NCBI GenBank assembly: GCA_041650315.1
Contig: JBAZLJ010000001.1
Location: 5,947-69,946 of the forward strand
Origin: Candidatus Woesearchaeota archaeon
GTDB lineage: Archaea; Nanobdellota; Nanobdellia; Woesearchaeales; JAGVYF01
Length of the DNA: 64,000 nt
Direction: 5' to 3'
A program made the translations under genes and the position numbers. Position 1 is the stretch's first letter. Each line of letters opens with the position of its first letter. This document shows positions 55,915 to 64,000 of this stretch, piece after piece. The notes under the pieces were generated by a model. It was not told the DNA's origin, did not search any database, and saw only the letters and a program-made list of their open reading frames with translations.

Positions 55915-57936
55915 GTGGAATCAGGAGACCAAATAAAGAGGTTCCAGGAGTTTTTTGAACTTCATCATCACGCAGAGATATTAGAAAATGTGCGTAAAGA
56001 TCGTAATTTCTTTGTAGTTGATTTCAGAGATCTTTCCAAGTTCGATCCAGAATTAGCAGGAGATTTGCTTGAGAATCCTACTGAAACTATTAGGGCGGCT
56101 GAGCTTTCTATTGATAATTTTGAATTGCCTAAGCAAGTAAATCATTTTAGAATCAGAATAAAGAATCTGCCTTTATCGCAGAAAGTTATGATTCGTAATA
56201 TAAGAAGTGAGCATATAGGCTTTTTCTTATCTGTAGAAGGAATTGTTAGGCAGAAGTCTGATGTAAGGCCGCAGGTCACAAATGCAAAATTTGAGTGTCC
56301 TAGCTGCGGAAATGTCATCAATGTACTTCAGCTAGATGAAAAATTTAAGGAGCCTAACAGATGCGGATGCGGACGTAACGGCAAATTCAGGTTAATCAAT
56401 AAAGAATTAATAGACGTGCAAAGAATCAATCTTGAAGAATCGCCAGACGAGTTAGAGGGCGGTGATCAGCCTAAAAGAATATACCTTTTCTCAAAAGAAG
56501 ATCAAGTTTCTCCGCTGAGTGATAAAAAGACGAATCCGGGTAGCAAGATCAGATGCAATGGTTTTGTGAAAGAAGTTCCTATAAGTTTGCCTAAGGGGGG
56601 TCAATCTACGAGATATGACCTGATGATATTCGCGAATTATATTGAACCGATAGTTGAAGATTTCTATGAAATTAATATCAGTCCTGAAGAAGAAGTGAAG
56701 ATATTGGAATTGAGCAAGGATCCAAAGCTCATGACTAAGTTAGTTGAAAGCGTAGCTCCTTCTATCTATGGATATGATAAAGTAAAAGAAGCTCTACTAT
56801 TACAGGCAGTTGGCGGTCTTACTAAAACTAGGTCTGATGGGATGAGAACTAGGGGGGATATTCACGTTCTTCTTATTGGGGATCCTGGTGCAGGTAAATC
56901 ACAGCTTTTGAAAAGGATGGCACAAGTATCGCCTAAAGCGAGATATGTCTCTGGAAAGGGAGTATCTGGCGCAGGTCTTACTGCGACTGTTGTGAAGGAT
57001 GAATTCCTTCGCGGTTGGAGCCTGGAAGCAGGCGCATTACCTTTGAGCAATAACGGATTCTGTATGATTGATGAAATGGATAAGATGTCGAAAGAAGACA
57101 GAAGCGCTATGCACGAAGCTTTAGAACAGCAGACTATCTCGATTTCGAAAGCAAACATCCAAGCTACTTTGAAATGCGCGACAACTGTACTGGCTGCTGC
57201 GAATCCAAAGTTCGGCAGATTTGATCAGTACGAGGTAGTGGCGAAGCAGATAGATCTTCCTCCTGCATTGATGACTAGGTTTGATCTGATATTCCCTATT
57301 AAGGATTTACCTGATGTAGAAAAGGATAAGAAAACGGCAAGTCACATGCTCAATTTGCATCAGTCCCCTATGGGTTTTGAAACTTCGTTAAGCACTGATT
57401 TCCTTAAGAAATATATCTGTTATGCCAGGCAGAAGATACATCCTCAATTAACTGACGGCGCAACTGATGAGATAAAGGATTATTATATCACTATGAGAAA
57501 TTCGAGCAGCACGGAAGGCGGCGTTTCTGTTGTACCTATCTCTCCAAGGCAGTTAGAGGCACTTATCAGGTTGTCTGAAGCTAGCGCTAAATTGCGTATG
57601 GGTGATAAGGTCACTAAGAAAGATGCTAAAAATGCTATTGATATTCTTGATTATTGTTTGAGAAATATTGGTCTTGATCCGGATACTGGCAAGATTGATA
57701 TTGACAGGATTTCATCTGGAATAACTGCTTCGCAAAGAGGCAAGATCCACATCATTAAAGAAATAATAGATACTATCGAGAAAGCGAAAGGCGATAAAGT
57801 TATTGCGGTAGAGGAGATTATCAAAGCTGCGCAGGAAAAGAATGTCGAGGACACAGCGGTTTATGAGATATTAGATAAGTTGAGAATATCGGGCGATATC
57901 TTCGAGCCGAAAAGAGGATTTATCAGCAAATTGTGA
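55915..57936 (+). CDS. mcm: MCM replicative helicase
   Basis: Zn finger CPSCGN..CGCG, Walker A GDPGAGKSQLLK, Walker B CMIDEMDKM, arginine finger SRFDLIF-type (TRFDLIF). GTG start preceded by GAGGGGGTAG. Confidence 0.95.
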   Translation: MESGDQIKRFQEFFELHHHAEILENVRKDRNFFVVDFRDLSKFDPELAGDLLENPTETIRAAELSIDNFELPKQVNHFRIRIKNLPLSQKVMIRNIRSEHIGFFLSVEGIVRQKSDVRPQVTNAKFECPSCGNVINVLQLDEKFKEPNRCGCGRNGKFRLINKELIDVQRINLEESPDELEGGDQPKRIYLFSKEDQVSPLSDKKTNPGSKIRCNGFVKEVPISLPKGGQSTRYDLMIFANYIEPIVEDFYEINISPEEEVKILELSKDPKLMTKLVESVAPSIYGYDKVKEALLLQAVGGLTKTRSDGMRTRGDIHVLLIGDPGAGKSQLLKRMAQVSPKARYVSGKGVSGAGLTATVVKDEFLRGWSLEAGALPLSNNGFCMIDEMDKMSKEDRSAMHEALEQQTISISKANIQATLKCATTVLAAANPKFGRFDQYEVVAKQIDLPPALMTRFDLIFPIKDLPDVEKDKKTASHMLNLHQSPMGFETSLSTDFLKKYICYARQKIHPQLTDGATDEIKDYYITMRNSSSTEGGVSVVPISPRQLEALIRLSEASAKLRMGDKVTKKDAKNAIDILDYCLRNIGLDPDTGKIDIDRISSGITASQRGKIHIIKEIIDTIEKAKGDKVIAVEEIIKAAQEKNVEDTAVYEILDKLRISGDIFEPKRGFISKL

Positions 57937-57974
57937 TTGTCAAAAATTAGTTCGTATATACTGAGGTGGTTGAA

Positions 57975-58784
57975 ATGGCGATAGATGATACGATTGAATC
58001 TTTTGTTCCGCAATGGGAAACTGCGGGCAAAAAATATGGCGGTTTGCTTATTAACTTTGAAGGTCCTGAAGGCTGCGGAAAATCGACGCAGATAGAAAGG
58101 GTGTACAATACTTTCAAACAGCATTTTTCATATTTGGAAAAAGAGTATGGGTGCTCAACCATGCTTACTAAAGAGCCTGGTGCGCGACAGTCTGATTTTT
58201 TGACAGCAGGGCGCAAATTAGTATTTTTCGGTAATCAAGATCCTAAGATAATGGCAGAAGTGGAAAATCTGTCATCTGCGGCCAGATTATTCTATATGCT
58301 TCTTGATAGGAAAGTCCATTGCGATAATTATATCGTTCCTGAATTAAAGAAGGGCGGAATAGTTTTCACTGATAGATATATTGATTCAAGCATGGCTTAT
58401 CAAGGATATGCCGGTGGACTTCCAAGAGAATGGATAGACCAACAGAATAGAATAGCGACAGGCGGTTTGCTTCCAGATATCACTGTGTTAATAGATGTGG
58501 ATTATGATACTGGTTTGAAAAGACAGACAGGCAGGAAAAAAGATATTTTCGAAAGTTTGCCTCGTTCGTTCCATGAAAATATGAGAAATGGATATCTTGA
58601 TATGGCAAGACGAGAACCTAATAGATTTATGGTAATTGATGGTTCAAAAGGAATAGATGAAGTAACTCGTGATATATTGTTTAATTTGTATACAAATTCA
58701 AGAATGAGGGATTATGCTTTAAAGCATATCTCCCAAGAATCTGTGCAAGGGCTAATGGAATCCAGCGAGAAACTGAAACATTAG
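57975..58784 (+). CDS. tmk: Thymidylate kinase (elongated form)
   Basis: P-loop FEGPEGCGKSTQ; DRYIDSSMAYQG. ATG 57975 is preceded by GAGGTG; the track ORF starts at GTG 57966. Confidence 0.8.
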   Translation: MAIDDTIESFVPQWETAGKKYGGLLINFEGPEGCGKSTQIERVYNTFKQHFSYLEKEYGCSTMLTKEPGARQSDFLTAGRKLVFFGNQDPKIMAEVENLSSAARLFYMLLDRKVHCDNYIVPELKKGGIVFTDRYIDSSMAYQGYAGGLPREWIDQQNRIATGGLLPDITVLIDVDYDTGLKRQTGRKKDIFESLPRSFHENMRNGYLDMARREPNRFMVIDGSKGIDEVTRDILFNLYTNSRMRDYALKHISQESVQGLMESSEKLKH

Positions 58785-59064
58785 ATTCTCGTTAAAAATC
58801 TTTATTCTTCTTCTTTTTTCTCTTCTTTTTTTGAGAAAAATTTAGAGAGCGCTCGGCAGTTTTTTTGTGCGTCGTAACTTATGTTTGCTATGAGTCCCCA
58901 CCTCTTTTTAAAAAATGATAAAATTATTTTCCAACAACTTCACTGCAATAAAAAATTTGCAATTAACAGAATTTATTGTTTTGCTGATTTATATATTCTA
59001 CGGAAATGAAAAATATCTTTCAGAAAGGGATACCATAACTGAGTGACACTGAAAAAAGTTCACG

Positions 59065-59577
59065 CTAGAATGGTTCTTTGCTTTTGTAATCCATCAGTGA
59101 AACTAATTTGTGGGCCTTGATTTCGCCAGTCTCAGCGCTTATCTTGATATTTAATGAATTCATTGTAAGCGAGATTATAGTGATATTCCATATCAATCCA
59201 TGATCTTTAAGGTTCTGCAATATGATAATTTTTTTGGAAGGTATTTCATTTGGATATTCTTTAGTGATGAAAGCATCTATTTTTTTCAGGATTTCAGCTG
59301 CTCCTAGTTTGACTTTGCTCATATCAATAGCAAACATCTTAGAGCCAGGTTCTTTGAATACCTCATCCACTCTTTTATCTACAACTTTAGTGTCTACAAT
59401 GCTGAATGTGATCATCCTATCTGCCTTTTCATCATAGTATCCAATCTGCCAATCATTAGAAAGTTCTTTTTGGATAGTGATGAATGCGTAGGATAATATC
59501 GCATGCGGATTCTCTTTTTTCCATCTTAGGTAACTCGAATCCTCTTGCAGTATGTTCCATGCTTCTTTGAATGACAT
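59065..59577 (-). CDS. Hypothetical protein
   Basis: 170-aa ORF with no family recognised. Confidence 0.45.
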   Translation of the reverse strand: MSFKEAWNILQEDSSYLRWKKENPHAILSYAFITIQKELSNDWQIGYYDEKADRMITFSIVDTKVVDKRVDEVFKEPGSKMFAIDMSKVKLGAAEILKKIDAFITKEYPNEIPSKKIIILQNLKDHGLIWNITIISLTMNSLNIKISAETGEIKAHKLVSLMDYKSKEPF

Positions 59578-59630
59578 AAGTAGAGGAAAATCCTAAGATT
59601 TATATATATTTGCTTAAAAAATCAGATGCT

Positions 59631-60584
59631 ATGGACATATCGCAATCTAAGAGAATGGACCTTGAAAAACAAGGTTATAGGATAGTGGGCAATCATAGCG
59701 CGATAAAAGTATGCCTATGGACTAAAAAAGCGATAAGATGCGAAGATGTTTGCTACAAGAACACTTTCTATGGTATCAAAAGCTGGCGTTGTGTACAGAT
59801 GACTCCTGCATTGCCTTATTGCACGCATAGGTGCGTATTCTGTTGGAGGGATATAGAATTTACATCTCCTAAATGGGATGGTCCAATTGATAATCCTAAA
59901 GATATAGTTGATGGATGCATAGCTGCGCATATCAAGCATATACAAGGTTTTGGCGGTAATGAGAAGGCTGATAAGGAGCGTTTAGTTGAGGCTAATGCAC
60001 CTTTGCATTTTGCGATCTCGCTTAGCGGTGAGCCAACCATGTATCCTAGACTGCCTGAGCTTATAGATGAGATAAAATCCCGTGGAATGACTACTTTTCT
60101 TGTGACAAATGGGACTAATCCTGATACTTTGCAGATGCTTTCAGGGCATGAGCCAACGCAACTTTACTTGACGCTTCCTGCGCCTGATGAAGAAAATTAT
60201 CTTAAGACATGCGTTCCAATCGAGAAGAATGCTTGGGACAAGATTATGAAATCCTTGTTGGTTTTCAATGGCTTGAAAAATACTAGACGCACTATCCGCC
60301 TTACTTTGGCTAAAGGATACAATATGGTGCATCCTGAGAAATATGCAAAACTTTTTAAGAAAATTGATGCTGATTTCTTTGAATTGAAAGCTTATATGTG
60401 GGTAGGTTATTCAAGGACAAGACTGAAAATTGAGAGCATGCCTTTCCATGAAGATATTATTGAATTCGCTAATCTGATAATAAAGCATTATCCAGAGCTT
60501 AAGATAATCGATCAGAAAAAAGAGAGCCGTGTTGTGCTTCTGGCTAAAAATGATAGTAAAGATAGAATAATGAAGTTTGACTGA
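59631..60584 (+). CDS. taw1: 4-demethylwyosine synthase Taw1/TYW1 (radical SAM)
   Basis: GNHSAIKVCLWTKKA; radical-SAM Cys cluster CTHRCVFCWR. TATA-like tttatatatatt lies about 30 nt upstream of ATG 59631; the track ORF starts at TTG 59610. Confidence 0.85.
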   Translation: MDISQSKRMDLEKQGYRIVGNHSAIKVCLWTKKAIRCEDVCYKNTFYGIKSWRCVQMTPALPYCTHRCVFCWRDIEFTSPKWDGPIDNPKDIVDGCIAAHIKHIQGFGGNEKADKERLVEANAPLHFAISLSGEPTMYPRLPELIDEIKSRGMTTFLVTNGTNPDTLQMLSGHEPTQLYLTLPAPDEENYLKTCVPIEKNAWDKIMKSLLVFNGLKNTRRTIRLTLAKGYNMVHPEKYAKLFKKIDADFFELKAYMWVGYSRTRLKIESMPFHEDIIEFANLIIKHYPELKIIDQKKESRVVLLAKNDSKDRIMKFD

Positions 60585-60591
60585 TACTTAT

Positions 60592-61185
60592 TTACACTTT
60601 TATGATTGCGCCTTCTGGACCAGGATTTATTAGACGTGTTTTCTTAATTGTCTGTTTTTTACCTTCGCATTCATGGATATGTCCCGAAATCACTAATGCT
60701 GGTTTAAATTTTTTGATGAAATCTTTTATTGATTTATTTCCCACGTGCTTTCTGTTGACAATGTCAAGTTTTGTTCCATATGGTGGTGCGTGAGTGACGA
60801 GTATAATCTTTTTGTGTTTGGAAATGAGTTTCTTGTTCTTTTCTACGTATGCTTCAAATTCTTTATCTTTATAATTGAATCCGCCTCCGCCGTACATCAG
60901 AAATAGATATTTTCCGTATTTGTATGTTTTCTTATGCAGAAATTTGATTCTTGAGAAAAATCCTATATTCTTTTTGAGATTTGCAGGACTTTCGTGATTG
61001 CCGTGTATCATCAATACCGGCACTTTGCATTTGCCTAGCGTTTTCATAAGATATTTAAGATCATTCTCGAACCAGGAAATATCACCAGCGCATACAACAA
61101 TGTCTGCTTTCTCTGATTTCTTGATTATTTTATTTAGAACGGGTCTAGAACTATGCAGATCGGTGAATGCGAGTATCTTTATCAT
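60592..61185 (-). CDS. Calcineurin-like metallophosphoesterase
   Basis: ILAFTDLHS, VCAGDIS, IHGNHE, VTHAPP, SGHIHE. Start taken at the MIKILAF Met. Confidence 0.75.
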   Translation of the reverse strand: MIKILAFTDLHSSRPVLNKIIKKSEKADIVVCAGDISWFENDLKYLMKTLGKCKVPVLMIHGNHESPANLKKNIGFFSRIKFLHKKTYKYGKYLFLMYGGGGFNYKDKEFEAYVEKNKKLISKHKKIILVTHAPPYGTKLDIVNRKHVGNKSIKDFIKKFKPALVISGHIHECEGKKQTIKKTRLINPGPEGAIIKV

Positions 61186-61207
61186 TTTTTGATTGATATA
61201 ATTGAAT

Positions 61208-61711
61208 TTAATTGCAGAGATTAAGGCTGGCTTTGGCATAGCTTATCTGCGTAGGCAATAGCTGTTCAAAATGTTCTTGTGAAGTACATGCAGAGCCTAT
61301 ATCCATTTCGCCTATTGGCGTGAATTCATTTCCTGCCGTGTTAGTTTGCTTTAGTATGTCAAATTGATAATCTATGCCCCAGTTTGTCAAAGTATTTTCT
61401 AGTATATAACTTATCTGCGATTTGACATACTCACAGGAGTTTTTACCAGAACATTCTAAATTAGGACCATCTACGCAATCTGTGATAAGTTCTGATATAG
61501 TCAGCTTTTTGCATAATGTAGTTGTTTTCAATAATGTATTTATTGTGTTTGCGCCTATTTGCGTTCGTATTACGCTTGGTGCGATTGAAGTATTCTCTCC
61601 AGTTATTGCGAACAAGAAAAAGAACATTACACCAACCAATATTATCACTATCACTATAGCTATACCTAATAATTCCATCTGTCCCTTTTTAGACTTTTTT
61701 ATTTTTTCCAT
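61208..61711 (-). CDS. Type IV pilin-like protein (class III signal peptide)
   Basis: N-terminus MEKIKKSKKG|QMELLGIAIVIVIILVGVMFFFLF. Confidence 0.65.
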   Translation of the reverse strand: MEKIKKSKKGQMELLGIAIVIVIILVGVMFFFLFAITGENTSIAPSVIRTQIGANTINTLLKTTTLCKKLTISELITDCVDGPNLECSGKNSCEYVKSQISYILENTLTNWGIDYQFDILKQTNTAGNEFTPIGEMDIGSACTSQEHFEQLLPTQISYAKASLNLCN

Positions 61712-61729
61712 TTTCTTTTAATCATATAT

Positions 61730-62209
61730 TTAGCTATATACATTCACTTCTAAAATGCCGTAGTCATAGGAATTAGTGATTGGGTCATATAATGAGATAG
61801 GGATTCTTGAGGTATCATTGTTAGTATATTCAGGCATAGTCTTATGGTATATCTGCTTTTCATCATTATATGGATATATCCATTTCACTTTGATTGTGCT
61901 GAATCCCATCTGTTGAAAATAATAATCTTCATTTTGGGTCTGGGCGAATAATAGTTTAGCTGAATCTATTTTTAATGCATCAAAGCAATGCGCTTCTGCT
62001 ACATTATTCTTACGGCACTGCAATTCTGGCAGCATTGATACTTTTGATGTTATCTCCAATGCGTTCCTTATTTTTAGTTCTCCTTGCTTTTCTTCAATTG
62101 ATGCACTCTGGAATGCGAAATAGAATATCATCGCTATTACTATCAATACAAAGAAGATTACTAATACTCCAATGTTCTCCACCATCTTGATTTGAGCTTT
62201 TTTTTTCAT
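61730..62209 (-). CDS. Type IV pilin-like protein (class III signal peptide)
   Basis: N-terminus MKKKA|QIKMVENIGVLVIFFVLIVIAMIFYF. Confidence 0.65.
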   Translation of the reverse strand: MKKKAQIKMVENIGVLVIFFVLIVIAMIFYFAFQSASIEEKQGELKIRNALEITSKVSMLPELQCRKNNVAEAHCFDALKIDSAKLLFAQTQNEDYYFQQMGFSTIKVKWIYPYNDEKQIYHKTMPEYTNNDTSRIPISLYDPITNSYDYGILEVNVYS

Positions 62210-62221
62210 TTTGTGTATTGA

Positions 62222-63205
62222 TCAGTATATTGTCGGGCATGAATAAAGCGGCAATTGCCTGTTTGTTCCAATTATGCTTGTCATAAGGCTTTTTATTTCA
62301 TTGAATGCAGTCTTGAAATTTCCGCTTGCTACTATTCTATAGAGATCTTCAGCGTCAGTGTTATAGTGGGAATTGCATTGAACCAATTGCGGGTCATTCT
62401 TTAATGAAAGAGTTCTTTCTGCAATGATATATGAAACACTTTTGTATCTCTTGAATGCTTTATTCATCATGCATTCATAATATACTGCATTATCTGCAAT
62501 GATTGCTGCTTGCAATGAAGCGTCATCGAAATAGTTGCTTTGCCCTTCTAATATGAATGAATTTCCATTCTTTGAATAATATGATATTGTTCCATCAGAG
62601 TTTATGCGTACGGCTGTGCTTGTCGCGCAAATGTCTTGTAAACTTACAGGATCTTTGTCTAAAAACACGTATCTTGTAGGACAATTGTTGAATGTTCTGG
62701 ATGTGTCTGTTAAGAATAATTTGTTCATGTCTTCCGGTATGATCGATTCTATCCTTGATTTTAAGGGTGAATTTTCGTCATGGACAAAGACATATTGTAT
62801 CTTACGGCTTGTGAGATATACGAAATTAGTGACTAAATAAGGCATATTCCAATCGAGTGTCCATATCCTTAGCGGATTTAGCGGTAGCTGCGATGGAGCG
62901 AACACAATCTTTTGTTGATAGCTATTGGTCGATCCGCCTATGGTGAATCCATTGCAGTCAAAATATGCTTCTTTATCATTAGGCAAATCTTCTATCAATG
63001 TGCTGAATCTGCTGCTAAGTTCAGTTCCTGCAAGTATGGAATTAAGATTGGTCACGATTGTAACATCAGTCTGTTTTTCAGATACTATTCCGAATCTGTA
63101 AATGATCATTGCGAAGAATAATAGAATGACTGCGCCAGCCATCAATACGAATACCCAATTAATGGATTCCTCAGCTTGCGCTTTCTTGTTCTGAATCAGT
63201 TTCAT
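62222..63205 (-). CDS. Large type IV pilin-like protein (class III signal peptide)
   Basis: N-terminus MKLIQNKKA|QAEESINWVFVLMAGAVILLFFAMII. Confidence 0.6.
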   Translation of the reverse strand: MKLIQNKKAQAEESINWVFVLMAGAVILLFFAMIIYRFGIVSEKQTDVTIVTNLNSILAGTELSSRFSTLIEDLPNDKEAYFDCNGFTIGGSTNSYQQKIVFAPSQLPLNPLRIWTLDWNMPYLVTNFVYLTSRKIQYVFVHDENSPLKSRIESIIPEDMNKLFLTDTSRTFNNCPTRYVFLDKDPVSLQDICATSTAVRINSDGTISYYSKNGNSFILEGQSNYFDDASLQAAIIADNAVYYECMMNKAFKRYKSVSYIIAERTLSLKNDPQLVQCNSHYNTDAEDLYRIVASGNFKTAFNEIKSLMTSIIGTNRQLPLYSCPTIY

Positions 63206-63214
63206 ATGTCAATT

Positions 63215-63721
63215 TCATTCAGTAGGTTCTATCAAAGCAGTTTTGCCCTTTCCAGTTATCTTTAAATTTAAGCTACCTGATGCTATATTGATACATAATG
63301 GATTCTGGCTTTCTGTTAATTCAATTTTTGGTATGTTCAGATCATTCCCTTTGAGCGGTAATAAGAATACATTAGCTACTTTGCTATTAACTGAATCGCA
63401 GATAGTTTGCCGGATGTTATCTACAATAGAAATACTTTCAGATAGGCTATCCGGATCACAGGCTTTGGTATAATCAAAGAAGCATATCTTTTCGAAATTA
63501 ATTGGTGTTGCGAAAGTCTTTATTCTGCTTGTGCCAGGCAATGCTGATATTTCAGTCACACTATTCTCTAAATTTTTTTGGAATTTGACGAATATTGCTT
63601 TTTCCCCGAAATTCACGATTTCAGATATAGAATTATATCCGTACATAAGTATCATCGCGCCGAATACTAAGGCTAGAATATACACGAATACTTCAGTGAT
63701 TGTGAATGCTTTTTTGTTCAT
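63215..63721 (-). CDS. Type IV pilin-like protein with a bacterial-style N-terminus
   Basis: N-terminus MNKKA|FTITEVFVYILALVFGAMILM, with Glu at the predicted +5. Confidence 0.65.
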   Translation of the reverse strand: MNKKAFTITEVFVYILALVFGAMILMYGYNSISEIVNFGEKAIFVKFQKNLENSVTEISALPGTSRIKTFATPINFEKICFFDYTKACDPDSLSESISIVDNIRQTICDSVNSKVANVFLLPLKGNDLNIPKIELTESQNPLCINIASGSLNLKITGKGKTALIEPTE

Positions 63722-64000
63722 TTTTTAGTTCTCTTTGATTTTTCTCTTGCAATTTTTTTAAGATCTTCTAAAGGACGTTCAGGTTTAATGGATTTCCTAA
63801 GAGAAGTCAATCTTGTCATTTGATCAAATACATCTTTTGAAGACATGCCTGGTGTTTTTGGCTTGAATCGTGTGGCTTTTTCCATTTTTGAGAATACATC
63901 TAGTTCATCTTGTTTTTTGAATAATGATGTTATTTTGTCAAATACTCTGCCTCTTGTAGCATGTTCTAATGCTTTGAATACATCTTCCCCTGCTTTTATT
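63718..64000 (-). CDS. Hypothetical protein, C-terminal fragment (start beyond the right edge), coupled to the pilin-like operon
   Basis: Open frame read by hand: ...FKALEHATRGRVFDKITSLFKKQDELDVFSKMEKATRFKPKTPGMSSKDVFDQMTRLTSLRKSIKPERPLEDLKKIAREKSKRTKK*. The stop overlaps the next ATG as ATGA. It is absent from the ORF track because it is edge-truncated. Confidence 0.5.
   Translation of the reverse strand, partial: IKAGEDVFKALEHATRGRVFDKITSLFKKQDELDVFSKMEKATRFKPKTPGMSSKDVFDQMTRLTSLRKSIKPERPLEDLKKIAREKSKRTKK

Noticed and set aside
58905-58990. Candidate C/D-box sRNA (ATGATAA ... CTGA) in the tmk downstream gap
   Set aside because: The C box is imperfect. No convincing C'/D' boxes at proper spacing and no terminal stem were found. 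The sequence is indistinguishable from AT-rich background.

Overview
The window is an AT-rich archaeal chromosomal segment. PolD DP1/DP2, Orc1/Cdc6, MCM, TBP, Rpo7/Spt4, eS24/eS31, PAN, FEN1, EndA, RNase P RNA and CarS make the archaeal call firm. The compact gene set, Shine-Dalgarno-led genes, giant surface protein and heavily interrupted tRNAs suggest a DPANN-like lineage, but that is inference.

The left 15.4 kb has no long ORF in the supplied track. Read by hand, it is one uninterrupted minus-strand reading frame that starts at 15400 and runs off the left edge, at least 5,133 codons. It encodes a giant, sequon-rich surface protein with many LamG modules. It is absent from the track only because its stop lies outside the window.

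A small regulator built from two sigma-70-region-4/HTH_10-like repeats sits directly upstream and overlaps the giant gene's start. Its divergent promoter carries four exact copies of a palindromic 13-mer. A paralogous regulator plus membrane-protein pair recurs at 39.2-41.0 kb.

The rest of the window is an information-processing core:
- a predicted oriC followed by cdc6, DP1 and DP2
- ileS, PAN, rlmE, gmk, trm5, fen1, endA, rnz, carS, scpB, gyrA
- RNase P RNA, Sec61beta, NAC
- a PIN-rpo7-spt4-S24e-S27ae operon, tbp, mcm, tmk, taw1

Other signals:
- A structured about 110-165 nt element occurs three times, each just 3' of a gene, with compensatory base changes in its stems.
- A twin-hairpin module is nested in one of those copies and recurs inside a separate inverted-repeat element.
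- Three of the four tRNAs are interrupted: Leu with two introns, Ile with a T-loop intron, and His. Bulge-helix-bulge motifs could be traced by hand for all four introns.
- A KilA-N islet is present.
- Four class-III-signal (type IV pilin-like) genes form a cluster at the right edge.

No rRNA genes or CRISPR arrays were seen.
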